NCBI GenBank assembly: GCA_043228905.1
Contig: JBHGNT010000009.1
Location: 5,766,001-5,830,000, forward strand
Source of the DNA: Azolla caroliniana
Lineage: Eukaryota > Plantae > Polypodiophyta
Direction of reading: 5' to 3'
Length of the DNA stretch: 64,000 nt
Positions within the stretch are counted from its first letter, which is position 1. Each line of letters opens with the position of its first letter. The position numbers were made by a program, and so were the translations under genes. Positions 36,250-49,815 of the stretch are shown one piece after another. The notes beneath the pieces were generated by a model. That model was not told where the DNA came from, did not search any database, and saw only the letters and a list, made by a program, of their open reading frames with translations.

Positions 36250-39200
36250 CAATGATCAGAGAAGTCCTCTACGGTGCGCAAGACGTGCACACGTGGTTGT
36301 TGGATTCCTACGCCACATTCCACATGACCCCGAACATTGAATGGTTTTCAAACTATTCGGCCAAAGTCATCGGCACATTCTGCCTTGGCAACGGGCAGGA
36401 GTGCATAATCGCAGGGATCGGAGAGGTCCCTATCCGACTGCCGAATGGTAACATGATAACCTTGCACCAAGTTCGACACGTACCCGATCTGAAGGGGAGT
36501 CGGGTCTCCATCAACATGTTAGCCGAAGACGAGTACCGAACGACTCTCAATGAGTCAGCATGGATGATCATCGGTGGAAACCTGAAAATCGAAAGCGGGC
36601 ACAAGTACAACAACTTGTACCCAATGATGATGATCAACCCAAAAGGGGCCATAAACGTAGCCGAAAAGACCGACCCGAACTTATGGCATGGCCGACTCGG
36701 CCATATGTCTCAAACCGGACTCGATCAACTAATGGCGATCAACTACATCTCGAAATCTCAAGCCAAGACGAACTTCTGTGAGCATTGTCGATACGGGAAA
36801 CAAACCCGCAGTCCACACTCTCTTCATTATGAGATGGTACGTCAACCTGCTCATGCACACAAATATATGTGGGTCGATGCCCGAAAGATCTCTAGGTGGC
36901 TCTCGATACTTCATGACATTCGTCGATGATTGTACACAGAAAGTCTGGGCCTATTCGATTAGGTTGAAAGACGAAGTGTTCAAGATCTTTGCTCGATGGC
37001 TAATCGAAGTGGACAACCGATCGGGACACAGAGTGAAGATACTCTGTTCCAACAACAGAGGCGAATATACCTCTTGAGCCTTCAAGCAGTACTTGTCCAA
37101 CAAAGGGATCTGGCACCAAAAGATTGTTCCTTACACGCACATGCAAAATGGAGTGGCAGAACAGATCAACCGAATGATCCAAGAGAGGATGACAGCAATG
37201 CTCCAGTAAGTAGGGCTAAAGCTGGAGTTCTGAGCCGAAGCATTGCAGACAGCAACTTACCTGATAAATCTATCGTCGTCGAAAGCAATCAGGCTCGAAG
37301 TGCCACATGCACTATGGTCAGGCAAACAGCCAATCTATGAAAGGCTTCGAATTTTTGGTTGCGAAGCTTACGCATTCATTCCCTGGAAGAAGAGGACCAA
37401 GTTAACACCCCATGCAACAAAATACATATTTCTCAGTTATGGAACCGATGGGGATTCCGGCTATCACCTATGGGACCCGGAGAATTGGAAATTGATCCAA
37501 ACGGTGACATCGTCTTCAATGAAGACTCTATTCTCTCTGAGCTGAACCAGCAGAAAGTAGTGGCAAAAAGGTCTCATTAGAAATTGACCGAGAAGTCGTA
37601 GAAAGACCGACCCACCGGACCGAATCAGAGATTCGACATACAACCAAACTTGACCAAGCCGACAACACACCTACCGACTCTGAACTCGAACTTGAAGACA
37701 AAGCCATGAAAGACACAGCTGAATCGACACGAGTCGAAAAAGGCAAAGTCATCAAGATGCAAGTCGGAAATAGAATCGACCCGACCGAGACACCCAAGAC
37801 CGAAGGGAAAAATATATCTAAGTCGGCTAAGTCTCTCCATCCCGAAGAAGGGGAGAATGCAGTGACATCGCCGAAATCCTATCGCAGGGGCGAGTCATCT
37901 AAAAGGATTCTTGACATAAGTGGTTCAACAATGCCTGCCAGCTGACAGAGACGATTGAAGGATCCAACCCGAACATTACGGTAGTTAGGAAATCTGGACA
38001 AAATAGAAGGCCAACAGAGTCCTATCAACCGGGCCTCGACTACGTCAACTACACGGATGCAGGCGAACCAAGCACATACACAAAAGCTATGGCCACACCC
38101 TATGCCGAAACATGGTTGCAAGCCATGAGATCCAAGATGGACTTTATCAAAGAGAACAATACATGGGAGCTCGTCGAACTACTAACAAGAAGAAAGCCAC
38201 CACCTTGCAAATGGGTATTCCGATACAAGTATGTATCTTACTCAAAGAAGCCCAAGTACAAAGCTCGGCTCATCGCTAAGAGATTCAAACAAGAACCCGG
38301 GGTCGACTACGATGAGATATTCTCTCCAGTGGTTAAGATTACCACCCTTCGGCTCCTACTCAAGGTCGTGGCGATAGAGGACCTAGAGGTTGAGCAACTC
38401 GACGTAAAGACGGCATTCCTACACAAAGACTTGGAAGAGGACATTTACATGTCCTAACCGGCAGGCTTCTCAGCGACGGGGGAGGAAAGTCGCCTCATAT
38501 GTCGATTAAAGAAAAGCCTATACGGCTTAAAACAAGCGTCAAGGTTGTGGTACCTGAATTTCGACTCCTACATCCGACAACTCGGCTACAGCCGGTCCGA
38601 CTCCAACCCATATCTATATACTCAACAACTGGTTGACGAGTCTTGGATCTATCTAATCTTATATATCGATGACATGTTGATTGCAGGAAGCAATCAGGTC
38701 GAAATCAAAAAGTTAAAGCAGAGCCTTCATGACAAATTCGTGATGAAGGAACTCGGACAAGCCCGACACATATTGGGCATGAGGATCGAGTGAAATCAGA
38801 CGACGAAAACTCTTCTACTCTTCCAGTCTGACTACATCCGCAAAGTGCTGAAGCGCTTCAACATGGAGAACGCGAAGCCAGCACCAACACCGCTTCCGAC
38901 ATCGATCCGACTACCGGACAGAGACTCTCCTTCGACGGAGAAGGAGAAAGAGCTTGATGGAAAGATACCAGACGCATCAGCAATAGGAAGTATCATGTAC
39001 GCGATGGTGGCGACCAGACCCGATCTTGCATATGTTGTGGGGGTCGTCAGCAGGTACATGTTGAATCCAAACGGGAAGCATTGGGAGGCTATCAAACACA
39101 TTTTCAAGTACCTGAAAGAAACCAAAGATGCACAACTGACTTTCGGATCAGCAAACCCGACCGAAGTCGAAGGCTACACCGACTCCGATTACGTCGAGAA

Positions 39201-39273
39201 TTCGGATAATCGAAAGTCGACATCAGGCTATATCTTCACCTATGGTGGTAGCGCTATATCATGGAGGTCAAAG

Positions 39274-42200
39274 TGACGGGAACCCAACGTTCCTTATGCG
39301 CAACGCTCGGCCACAACCGAGATTCTTTTCATACACAGAAAACGGGAAGTAGAACACGACAGAAAGAAGAGAAATGGTACACAGGAGGTTAACGTGGAAA
39401 ACCCCAAACTAGGGGAAAAAACCACGGCAGCCCACAGGCTGCAAACTGTCACTATGTATGAATGTACAAAACAGTGAGTACACGGAGGCAACGACCTCGG
39501 ACTCACGATCTTCGCCACAGGCGGCGGTTACAACAGAGGCAACGACCTCGTCTCTCTCTCTCTCTCTTTGTACAGTTACGCACTCTATCTTTTTCTTGCA
39601 CCAACAAGGAAAAATAACAACAACATCAGTTAGTTTGCCCTAAGTCATATTTATACTAATATGACTTTTCGGCTATTTACAAATATAGCCACAATGGGCT
39701 CTCAGAAACATATTTACGAATATGTGTCTTCCTCCGGTTCATACCGGATCTGCACCATCCGGCTCTCCGTAGCCAGGTACTCCTCCTCCGGCATCCGGCT
39801 CTCTGTAGCCGGGTACTCCTCATCCGGTTCATACCGGGCCTGCACCATCCGGCTCTCCATAGCCGGGTACTCCTCATCCGGTTCATACCGGGCCTGTACC
39901 ATCCGGCTCTCCGTAGCTGGGTACCCCTCATCCGGTTCATACCGGGCCTGTATCATCCGGCTCTCTGTAGCCGGGTGCTCCTCATACCGTTTCGGCCTCG
40001 GCCGAGTTTGTTCGTCGGCACTGTTCTTCTCCCTTCCCATCCGGAGGGACCTGTCTCCCAACAAACTCCCCCTTCACTCCGGCATGGGGTGTCTTACCAG
40101 TTCGATTCTCTTCCGGCATGCATCCAGCTTGTCGGGTGTCAACACTTTGGTCAACATATCTGACCCGTTCTCGGCCGTGTGGATTTTCGTCAGTGCGAAC
40201 TCCTGGTCATCTACTCTTTCCCGGATCCAGTGATACCTCCGTTGGATATGCTTCGTCCGGGAATGGTAGGCCGCATTTTTAGCAAGGTGGATGGCACTTT
40301 GACTGTCGCAATAGAGTCGGTATTCCTCTTGCCGTATATCGAGCTCTCCGATGAAGTCCTTCATCCATAAAATTTCCTTGCCGGCTTCCACAGCCGCCAT
40401 GTACTCCGCCTCTGTGGTTGACAATGCAACCGTCTTCTGCAGCCTCGACTGCCACGAAACAACTCCCCCTGCATATGTCATTACATACCCGGATGTAGAC
40501 CGGCTGGTATCCACATCAGCCGACATGTCCGAATCGGTGAAACCGTCCAGTTGAGGTTTTCCGGAGCCGAATTGGAGACACATATTTGAAGTGCCCTTCA
40601 AATACCGGAGTATCCATTTGACCACGTTCAAATGCTCCTTGCCGGGATTACTCATGAACCGGCTCACCACTCCGACTGCGTATCCAATGTCCGGTCGGGT
40701 ACAAACCATTGCGTACATCAAGCTCCCGACGGCAGAGGCATATGGGATCTTCATCATATCCGCCTTCTCTGCTTTCGTCTTCGGGCTTTGCTTACCGGAT
40801 AGCTTGCAGTTTGCCGGAAGTGTCGATCCGACCGGTTTTGCATCTGGCATGTTGAACCAGTGAAGCACCTTTGTCACATACTTCTCCTGTGACAGCCATA
40901 ATTGCTTCATTGACCGGTCCCGAATGATGTGCATCCCCAACATCTGTCTTGCCGGACCCAAGTCTTCATTGAGAAGGTCCGGTTTAGAGCCTTCTTCAGC
41001 ATCCGTATTTTGCCTTGGTCTCGTCCGACGATCAACATGTCATCCACGTACAGGAGGAGTATCAGGAAGTGCCCTCCTTCGAACTTCTTCACAAACACGC
41101 AGTGATCGGCCTGCGTCTTGTGGTACCCTTGATCGGTCATGAAGGAGTCGAACTTCCGGTACCATTGCCGGGGAGCCTGCTTCAGTCCGTACAGGCTCTT
41201 CTTCAACCGGCATACCAGGTGCTCCTTCCCTTTCTCCACGAATCCTTCCGGTTGCTGCATGTAGATCTCCTCTTCGAGGTCGCCGTGAAGGAATGTCGTC
41301 TTCACGTCCAGCTGCTCTACCTCAAGGTCCATGCTTGCTGCTATACTCAGCACCGTCCGGATGGAGGTCATCTTTACTACCGGGGCAAATATCTCGTTGA
41401 AGTCGACGCCCTTCTTCTGCTCGAACCCCTTCACCACGATCCTGGCTTTGTATCTCGGGGGGTTGCCGGCATCTCCCGGTTTCAACTTGTACACCCACTT
41501 GTTTCGGAGTGCCCGCTTTCTTTTCGGCAACTCCACTAATTCGTACGTATGGTTCTCATGCAGGGAATCCATCTCATCCTGCATGGCACTTAACCATTTT
41601 CGGCTGTGGGTGTCTTCCTTCACTTCCTCGAAGCTTTCCGGCTCTCCCTCATCGGTCAGCAGAACATGCTCTGCATCCGGAAATCTCCGGGGCGCCCTTC
41701 TCTCTCTGAGAGGATATCTACGTCTTCGGGCTTCGGTAACCGGCTCCTCTATTTGCTCTTCATCCGAATCGGATTCGAGGTCTTGGCCGATTCCGGTCTC
41801 AGCTTCCTCTACTTCTTCTTCTGCCGGTTCGGTATCCTCACCATAACCGGCTGGTTCCTCGAGTGCTAACCGGTCTCTTGTCGGTTGGGTCTGCTCATCG
41901 TAGAGTCTATCCTTACCGGTCGACTCAGAGTTCATTATCTTCTTCTCCAACTCCCAGTCGGCGAGAGTCTTGTCCTCCATGAAGATAATATCTCGACTCC
42001 GGAATACCTTCTTGTCGACCGGGTCCCACACTCGGTAGCCGAACTCATCATCACCGTAACCGAGGAATATGCATGGCCGAGTCTTTGGATCTAACTTTCC
42101 TCTCCGTTCCTTTGCTACATGCACGTACGCGAGACACCCGAACACCCTCAGATGCCGGTAGGACACTTCCTTACCGGTCCATACTCTCTGTGGCGTGTCT

Positions 42201-44932
42201 CCGTCCAAGGGTACTGAGGGTGATCTGTTTATCACATATGTCGTCGTCGACAGTGCCTCAGCCCAAAACTTCTTGAGTAGTTTTGCATGTGCTAGCATAC
42301 TCCGGACCCTCTCCATTATGGTCCGGTTCATCCTCTCGGCCAGTCCGTTTAGTTCCGGCGTCTTCGGCACGGTAAATTCGAGCCGGATTCCCTTCGAGCG
42401 GCAGTACTCCTCGAACTGCCCCCGATACTCTCCTCCGTTATCTGCTCGAACCGCCTTCAGCTTCCGGCCGGTTTCTCTTTCCACTCTCACGTGGAGCTCT
42501 TTGAAGACGGATAACACCTGATCCTTCGTCTTCAACGGTGTGGCCCACAGCTTCCGGCTGTGGTCATCTATGAACGTCACGAAGTACTGCGCTCCGGCAT
42601 GTGACTTCGTGTCTACCTGACACACATCCGTATGCACCAACTCCAGTGGTGCATTACGTCTCATCGGTGGCCTTGGTCGGAAGGAGGTTCGGTTCTGCTT
42701 ACCGGCCAGACAATCAGTGCACTTCTCGAAGTGCACGTTCTTCACTGGAATGAGGTTGTCGTCTGCAAGCCTCTTCATCCCCTTCTCGCTCATATGACAC
42801 AGCCTCTTGTGCCACAGCTCACCGGCAGTGTCGGATGCCACGTTCACTTCTTCCGGACATAACCGGGCATTCATCAGGTACAGCGTGTTGACCTTCCGGG
42901 CCCGAGCCACAATCAGGCTCCCTTTGCTGAACTTCATGACACCGTTCCGGATGCTACCCGTGTAGCCATCATCATCTAGCCGACCGGCTGATATTAGGTT
43001 CAGACGAACTTCCGGAACATGTTGGACATCCTTCAGCAGCAACTTGCATCCGGTTGGTGTTGTCAGCCACACGTCTCCCATGCCGACAATTCGGCATGTT
43101 CCTTCATTCCCCATCCGGACACAGCCGTGATCACCGGCTGAATAGGATGAGAAGCATTTCCGGTCCGGGGTAAGGTGGAACGATGCTCCGGAGTCTACCA
43201 CCCAGGTCATCTCGTCGCCGGCAAGGTTTATTTCACTCTCCTCGGTGATGAGCATCAACTCTTCTTCACTTGCCGCGATTGTTGTCGTTCCCTTCCGGTC
43301 CGGCCCCCTCCGGTCTTTACCGTTCCGGTCTTTACCGTTCCGGTCCGGGGTTTGCTTCGAATCGGTACCGTCGGTTTCCTTGTCTTTACGGAAATGCCGA
43401 CAGTTCTTTTGGAAGTGTCCCGGCTTGCCGCAATAGAAGCAAGTAGGCCTCCCCCTTGACTTTGACCGTGTCCCCGACTTCTCAGTTCTGGGGACTACGG
43501 TTTCTATGTCTTCCACGTTCCGATTCGGTAAGAAGCGCTTTGGAGTCGGAGCTCGTATCTTTGTCTTTCCGACGCGCCTCCTCATCTAGCAAGCTCGACT
43601 TTACTTTTGCTAGGGATAACCGTTTTCCTTCCGGCCCGGCGTTGCCCAAAGTGACAACCAACGTCTCCCAGCTATCCGGGAGGGAACCGAGCAGGAGTAG
43701 CGCAAGTACCTCATCGGCAAGAGGTACTTCCAATGAAGTTGCTTAGTGGATCAGCCCCTGGAAGGCATTCATGTGCTCCGCCATGCTGGAGCCATCTTGG
43801 TACCGGAATACCGACACCTGATTGACAGCATTTTTGTTTTGGAACATTATGCTGATCTTCTCCCAGAGCTCATGAGCCTTGCTCTCTTCATTGAAGTTGT
43901 TGTATAGGCTCATATCGATGAAGCACCGTATGTACGCCGTTGTCTTCATGTGCATCACCTCCCATATCGCGGCGTCGATTTTGTCAGGTCTCTTGTCCCC
44001 GAACTGAACCGGCAGCCAGAGGTCTTTAACAACGAGCATGTCCCTCATCTTCGACTTCCATACTGAATAGTTGGAGCCGGTGAGCTTGAACATGCCGCCA
44101 AATGATTCGTCCATTTTCGGTGTCGATTTCGCTCTGATACCACTTGACGGGAACCCAACGTTCCTTATGCGCAACGCTCGGCCACAACCGAGATTCTTTT
44201 CATACACAGAAAACGGGAAGTAGAACACGACAGAAAGAAGAGAAATGGTACACAGGAGGTTAACGTGGAAAACCCCAAACTAGGGGAAAAAACCACGGCA
44301 GCCCACAAGCTGCAAACTATCACTATGTATGAATGTACAAAACAGTGAGTACACGGAGGCAACGACCTCGGACTCACGATCTTCGCCACAGGCGGCGGTT
44401 ACAACAGAGGCAACGACCTCGTCTCTCTCTCTCTCTTTGTACAGTTACGCACTCTATCTTTTTCTTGCACCAACAAGGAAAAATAACAACAACATCAGTT
44501 AGTTTGCCCTAAGTCATATTTATACTAATATGACTTTTCGGCTATTTACAAATATAGCCACAATGGGCTCTCAAAAACATATTTACGAATATGTGTCTTC
44601 CTCTGGTTCATACCGGATCTGCACCATCCGACTCTCCGTAGCCAGGTACTCCTCATCCGGCATCCGGCCCTCCGTAGCCGGGTACTCCTCATCCGGTTCA
44701 TACCGGGCCTGCACCATCCGGCTCTCCGTAGCCGGGTACTCCTCATCCGGTTCATACCGGGCCTGTACCATCCGGCTCTCCGTAGCTGGGTACCCCTCAT
44801 CCGGTTCATACCGGGCCTGTATCATCCGGCTCTCTGTAGCCGGGTGCTCCTCATACCATTTCGGCCTCGGCCGAGTTTGTTCGTCGGCACTGTTCTTCTC
44901 CCTTCCCATCCGGAGGGACCTGTCTCCCAACA
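39274..44932 (-). mobile_element. Full-length Ty1/Copia element (family B), recent insertion
   Basis: LTRs 44932-44145 (788 bp) and 40063-39274 (790 bp), about 10 substitutions by eye. PBS 44142-44131, PPT 40076-40066, TSD CAAAG (39269-39273 and 44933-44937). Confidence 0.97.
40074..44114 (-). pseudogene. Copia gag-pol, near intact (one stop at 43743, frameshifts near 43483 and 40960)
   Basis: Gag, CCHC knuckle, VVDSGASFH, INT core, QLDVKTTFLHG, LYVDDML, FTDSDM, TKHIQRRYHW. Confidence 0.93.
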
Positions 44933-45829
44933 CAAAGTTCCAAGAGTGCACGGCCCTATCTACCATAGAGGCCGAGTACATAGCAACATCGGAGGCTACG
45001 AAGGAATCGATCTGGCTACACCGACTAACTGACGATTTTTCGACAACAAGCCGAACTAATCGATCAGTGCTGATCATCTATTGCGACTCACAAAGCACAA
45101 TACACCTCATCAACAACCCTATCTATCACTCGAAGACAAAGCATATTGAGGTGCGATATCATCACATCCAGGAGTTGATAATCGAAATGAAGCTCGAAGT
45201 CAAGAAAATCGACATAGAGGTGAACATCACCCATTGCCTGACGAAGCCACTCCCAGATGAACGCTTCGGAACACTAAGGACAAAGATGGGACTACGACAA
45301 GCGACCGGGCAAAAGAAAGTTGAACGATGAACTGAAGGGAAGTCGAAACCTGACCCAAAAAGACTCACGAAAAGAGCGAAATTGACACGTTCGGAAACAC
45401 AAGGGGCTGAAGAAATAGCATTGAGTGAGGATACCGACTGGAAAGGAAATGATTGAGAGGCGAACGAAATTGGATACAGATCAAGGATCGAACGAGGAGC
45501 ACAGGAGCATAAATGAGAGAGCTACAAACAATCAACACATGGCCAAAATCGCGAATCAAACTCAAGTCGATTTCGACAATCAGACCGATTCGAACGAAGG
45601 ACGATTCGAACACATTGATTCGACCAATTCGAACCAGCCGAACCTTGAGGCTAGTTGACTCAGGCTAGACATCGACTTCATCTTTGCCAACTTGGCTTTA
45701 TGCTGACTGAATTGTAATATAAATTTGTATCCTAGTGTGAACACGTCCAAAGAGTTAGGGCTTAATATATAAGCTATAACCTAATGTTGTATAATTAACA
45801 TCTTGATCATTCTTGTATATCTTGAATCT

Positions 45830-45866
<37 letters not shown>

Positions 45867-45931
45867 ATATAGAGAAAGCTCCCATTTGAGCTCGAACTGT
45901 GTCTACGATTCAATCATATCCTCTATCACAT

Positions 45932-46992
45932 AGGCCTGAATCAGCTAAATAAGCCGAAAGCCGAATCGGCGGCTAGGCCAAATTGGGTGACCGAGTTGGC
46001 TAAAATCCGATAGGTCGTTAGGGGCCCATATTCCTATTTTAGTAAATATGAATGTTATAAGCAGAGTTAGTGACCACTCGTCAAGGCTTGTATATAAACT
46101 TTTCTTTGAGCACATTCCCTGTATTGAGTCTTCTGTAATAGAAAGTTATTGTTGTCTACTCTACTCAGTCTCTCTCTCTCTCACCCTTACTCTATGTTGA
46201 CCTAACTATTGCATTCCGAAATTACCGACTGTACTCTGTGTCTTTCGCATACGCTTTCGGAAATATTCTTTTACATGAACATCTAACACTGACTCCCAAA
46301 AATATTCCTATTACTATGAATAGGAATATCGGCCATAACGTGTTGGGAAACCGGTCCCTCCACATGGGATTGGACGGATCTGGTGTGATCCAGAAGTAGG
46401 GATTAGTAAATATGTTCGGATGAGCCTGTTGAGGCCATATTTGTAAATAGCCCTAAAGTTATATAAGTATAAATATAACTAGGGCAAAACTTATTATGGT
46501 GTGCAAGAGTTTGGTATTTGTTGTACAGAGTGTGAGACAGACAGTGAGAGTGTGAGAGAGAGAGATACAGAAAGCTTTTCTGTTGTAACCACCGGTTGGC
46601 GAAGACAAAGCTCAAGGTCGTTGCCTCTGAGTCTCGCATTGTAGTACGTCTCCCCTATAGTAATCCTATTCGGAGTCTGTGAACTCCCGTGGTTTTGCCT
46701 CTCGAGGTTTTCCACGTAAACATCCAGTGTCATCTCTTTGTCTTGCATAAGTGCATTGTTTCTATTTTCTATTAATCTTCCATTTGTGTTTGAAACTCGG
46801 TTGTGATCGAGTGTGATTCTCTTCATAACGGCCTGCGAGCTCCCTACCGATCCAACCTAACCAATTGGCATTCACCCGATCTGGCTCTCGGCTTCTTCAG
46901 CCGGTTCGGGCAAGCTAGCCAATTCGCCTTTTTGTCTAATCCGGCTTCTAGCTTCTTCAGCCGGTCAGCCCATGTTGAGCTTGTCTCTCAAC
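45932..46992. repeat. Cluster of LTR fragments (family A-like 45932-46275 +, family B-like from 46341 +, family A-like start ~46870-46992 -)
   Basis: Similarity to 16110-16500 (reverse) and to TGTTGGGA..CCCTCC / ATTTGTAAATAGCC / TTTCCACGTAAA of family B. Confidence 0.65.
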
Positions 46993-47705
46993 AAGGCACG
47001 CCAAACTCGTCAAACTCATTGTTGAGTGAGCAAGTCGACACGTCTGAATCACTTCCGTCAAAGTGGTCGACTTTGTATTCAGACATTTTGGCTTTTCCCT
47101 TGTCTAATGTGGCACTTGTTCGACATGTGCTTTAGTTGCTCGAAGGATCTTGTGGTTCACTCAACATGGTTGAGTTCGGACTTTCCACTGGTATAGGCCT
47201 TAGCCAATCGTCGTCCTCTGAGTTGATATCCTCCTCTTCCTCGATCGATTCAGATGGAGTTGAGTCAGGTACGTACCAAGATGTTGATTCGTCAAATACG
47301 ACGTCCTGACCCACACAAAACTTCTGAGTAGAGGGATTAAAGCACTTGTACCCCTTTTGCTCAAGTGAGTACCCCATGAGAATGCACTTCTCTGATTTCT
47401 GATCGAGCTTTGTCCTTTTCTCATCGGGAATGTGTATGAATGCAATAGTGTCAAATATCTTTAGGTGAGATAGGTCATGCTTTCTTCCACAATACCTTCG
47501 TGTGGGGGGACTTCATGCACGCCGGACGTTGTGCATCAGTTCACCAAGTATATGGCCATGCATGCCACTTCAGCCGAGTATGATTTTGATAGATTTTTCT
47601 CATTCATCATGGCCCTTGCAACTTCGAGTATGTGCCAATTCTTCCTTTTGGCTACTCCATTTTGCTATTGCATGTGCTGGCACGTAAACTCTCGCCAAAT
47701 TCCTT
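46993..47705 (-). pseudogene. Copia integrase C-terminal fragment
   Basis: GYSLEQKGYKCFNP...DVVFDES. Confidence 0.75.
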
Positions 47706-49110
47706 CTCCAAAACCACTATAAGAATAGCATCATAACCTTTGGAAGATGCAAGATCTATGATGAAATCCATAGAAATGGATTTCTAGGGACCAAGTGGAA
47801 CGGGCAATGGTTGCAACAAACCATATGATCGATGTCGAGGAATCTTTGATCGAGAACATACATCACAAGTAGAAACATAGTCCATGACAAATTGACGAAC
47901 CTTAGGCTACCAATAGTTTTGGGTAAGTAGCTCCAATGTTTTCAAACCTTCCAATGTCCAACTAATGGTGAATCATGGTAGTATTGCTACACTTCGAGTC
48001 GAGAAGGTCCATTAAGAATGTAAATGTGGTTGTATCAGAAAAAAAACCCATCATGCGAACTAAAGTTCCCATAATCCATACGAGAAAACTTGGAGCGTGA
48101 ACAATAAGCATGGTCTTCAATGATGTGGTCTAAAATATCTTGTGTGAAATCATGTGAACCAATGCTTGAGCGGATAGAATCAAGAAATCTTGAATCTAAA
48201 GGTGTGTATTAGAAACATTTGTTACCATTAATCATAGATAGCTTGGGCTATAAAGGACTTGTTGTTGATGATCATAAGTTGGGTCCTCGATTTTGGTGCA
48301 AAATAAGAGCATCGCGATAAGGCATCAACTTTACCTCATTGTATTCCTAGTCTATATGTTATCACGAAGTTAAACAATGTTAGAAATTATGCCCATCGAG
48401 CTTGTCATCAATTTAGGACTTGAGCATTTTGAAAGTATGTAAGGTTCTTATGACCGTTGTAAACAATAATTTGGTGAGGAGAACCTTTGAAGAAGTGACG
48501 CCATTGGTCAAAAGAAGCAACAATTGCCAACAACTCTTTGTCACGGATTCCATAATTTATTTCTGCAAGTTTGGACTTTCTTGAATGAGATGCAACTGGA
48601 TGCAATTTCTCATCATGCGCTATTTGTGATCAAACACTTCCTCGCGCAAAATCAGATGCATATGCTTCTATGATAAACCTCTTTTCTAGGTCAACATGGA
48701 CAAAAATTGGAGCATATGTAAATGCTTGTTTCAAGTTATCAAATGCTTCGGTTGCGCTTGACGTCCATACAATTGATCGGTTCTTCTACATTAGTACTTT
48801 GATGGCAAATGGACTTCAAAATCTTGTGGGTCTGAAAACGGGGTTATGACCACTACAAACACGAACATCTCTTCGCCCCTAGCTTCTTCACATAAGCTTT
48901 GTAGAGGGATAGTTTATATATGCCTTGGCCTTAGATTGTAGATGTCTTATGAATCTATGGTTTCGCACCCTAAGGCTCTTCGGGACTATATATGATATCA
49001 AGAAACAAATTACACAAGCTAAATTATCGAGAACTATATGAATTGGCTCTGATTCTTTGGTAATATCTCTTGATGCAATAGAACATCCATCAATTACTGG
49101 TACAAATGTT
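47706..49110 (-). pseudogene. Highly decayed Gypsy RH/INT fragment
   Basis: HPVASHSRK..AEINYGIRDKELLAIV..WRHF, plus a SISMDFI motif near 47770. Confidence 0.75.
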
Positions 49111-49435
49111 GGACAAGGAAGCTTGATTGCCACCTTCGCTGGAAGTCCACATGCGGCGAGAATCTGGGCTTGTCCACTCTAAGGTGGGGCGGGCGAGCAA
49201 GCGACCACCGACACATGGGGCACACCTTCTTTTCCTTTTCGTTTTGTTTGTATTTGAGGCCACGAAGCGTTCCGAAACTGGCTTGTAGATCCAATTCCTG
49301 ATTCCCGATTCCCGATTCCGACGGCACATGTGAAGCGCCCCCTCCCCCCCCCCCCCACCCCCCCTTGGGGCCACAAAACAACCGGAGAAATCACAATCCG
49401 ATGGCCATCCCAGAGTTTCCGACCCATTGGCCATC

Positions 49436-49636
49436 ATCTCTCTCTCTCTCTTTTATCCCTCTTCTCTCTCTCTTTCTCTCTCTTCTCTCTCTCTTCTCTC
49501 TCTCTTTCTCTCTCTTCTCTCTTGCTATCTCTCTCTCTCTCTCTTGTGTGTGTGTGTGTGTGGTGGATTGCCTGCCCTGCCCCTGTTCCTCTGCGGATCC
49601 TCCTCCTCCTCCTCCTCCTCCTCCTCGGCAACAGTA

Positions 49637-49675
<39 letters not shown>

Positions 49676-49705
49676 GTCTCTGTCTCTCTGTCTCTGTCTC
49701 TCTGT
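49436..49705. repeat. CT/GT/CCT microsatellite tract in the promoter or 5' UTR of the SPEAR-like gene
   Basis: Visible (CT)n, (GT)n and (CCT)n runs. Confidence 0.85.
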
Positions 49706-49815
49706 GTCATCATCAATTATATGTAATTCGGAGCTCGCCCATCGCCATATCCGCCTCCTACACTACGACAACACACAGACTAAACGAAGCAAGCAAGCAA
49801 GCAAGCAAGGAAGGA

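Larger units (their letters stand above)
34155..45931 (+). mobile_element. Old degenerate Copia (family C) carrying two nested family B insertions
   Basis: 5' LTR 34155-34440 and PBS 34443-34454. Gag ~34550-35450, WLLDSYATFHM, LWHGRLGH, YKARLIAK, LYIDD, YTDSDY. RH resumes at 44933 (ECTALSTIEAEY). LTR sequence repeated at ~45725-45931. Confidence 0.88.

Noticed and set aside
39720-39990. Regular repeat array as a possible CRISPR
   Set aside because: The units are contiguous 54-bp tandem repeats with no unique spacers, sit inside LTRs, and have no cas genes nearby.
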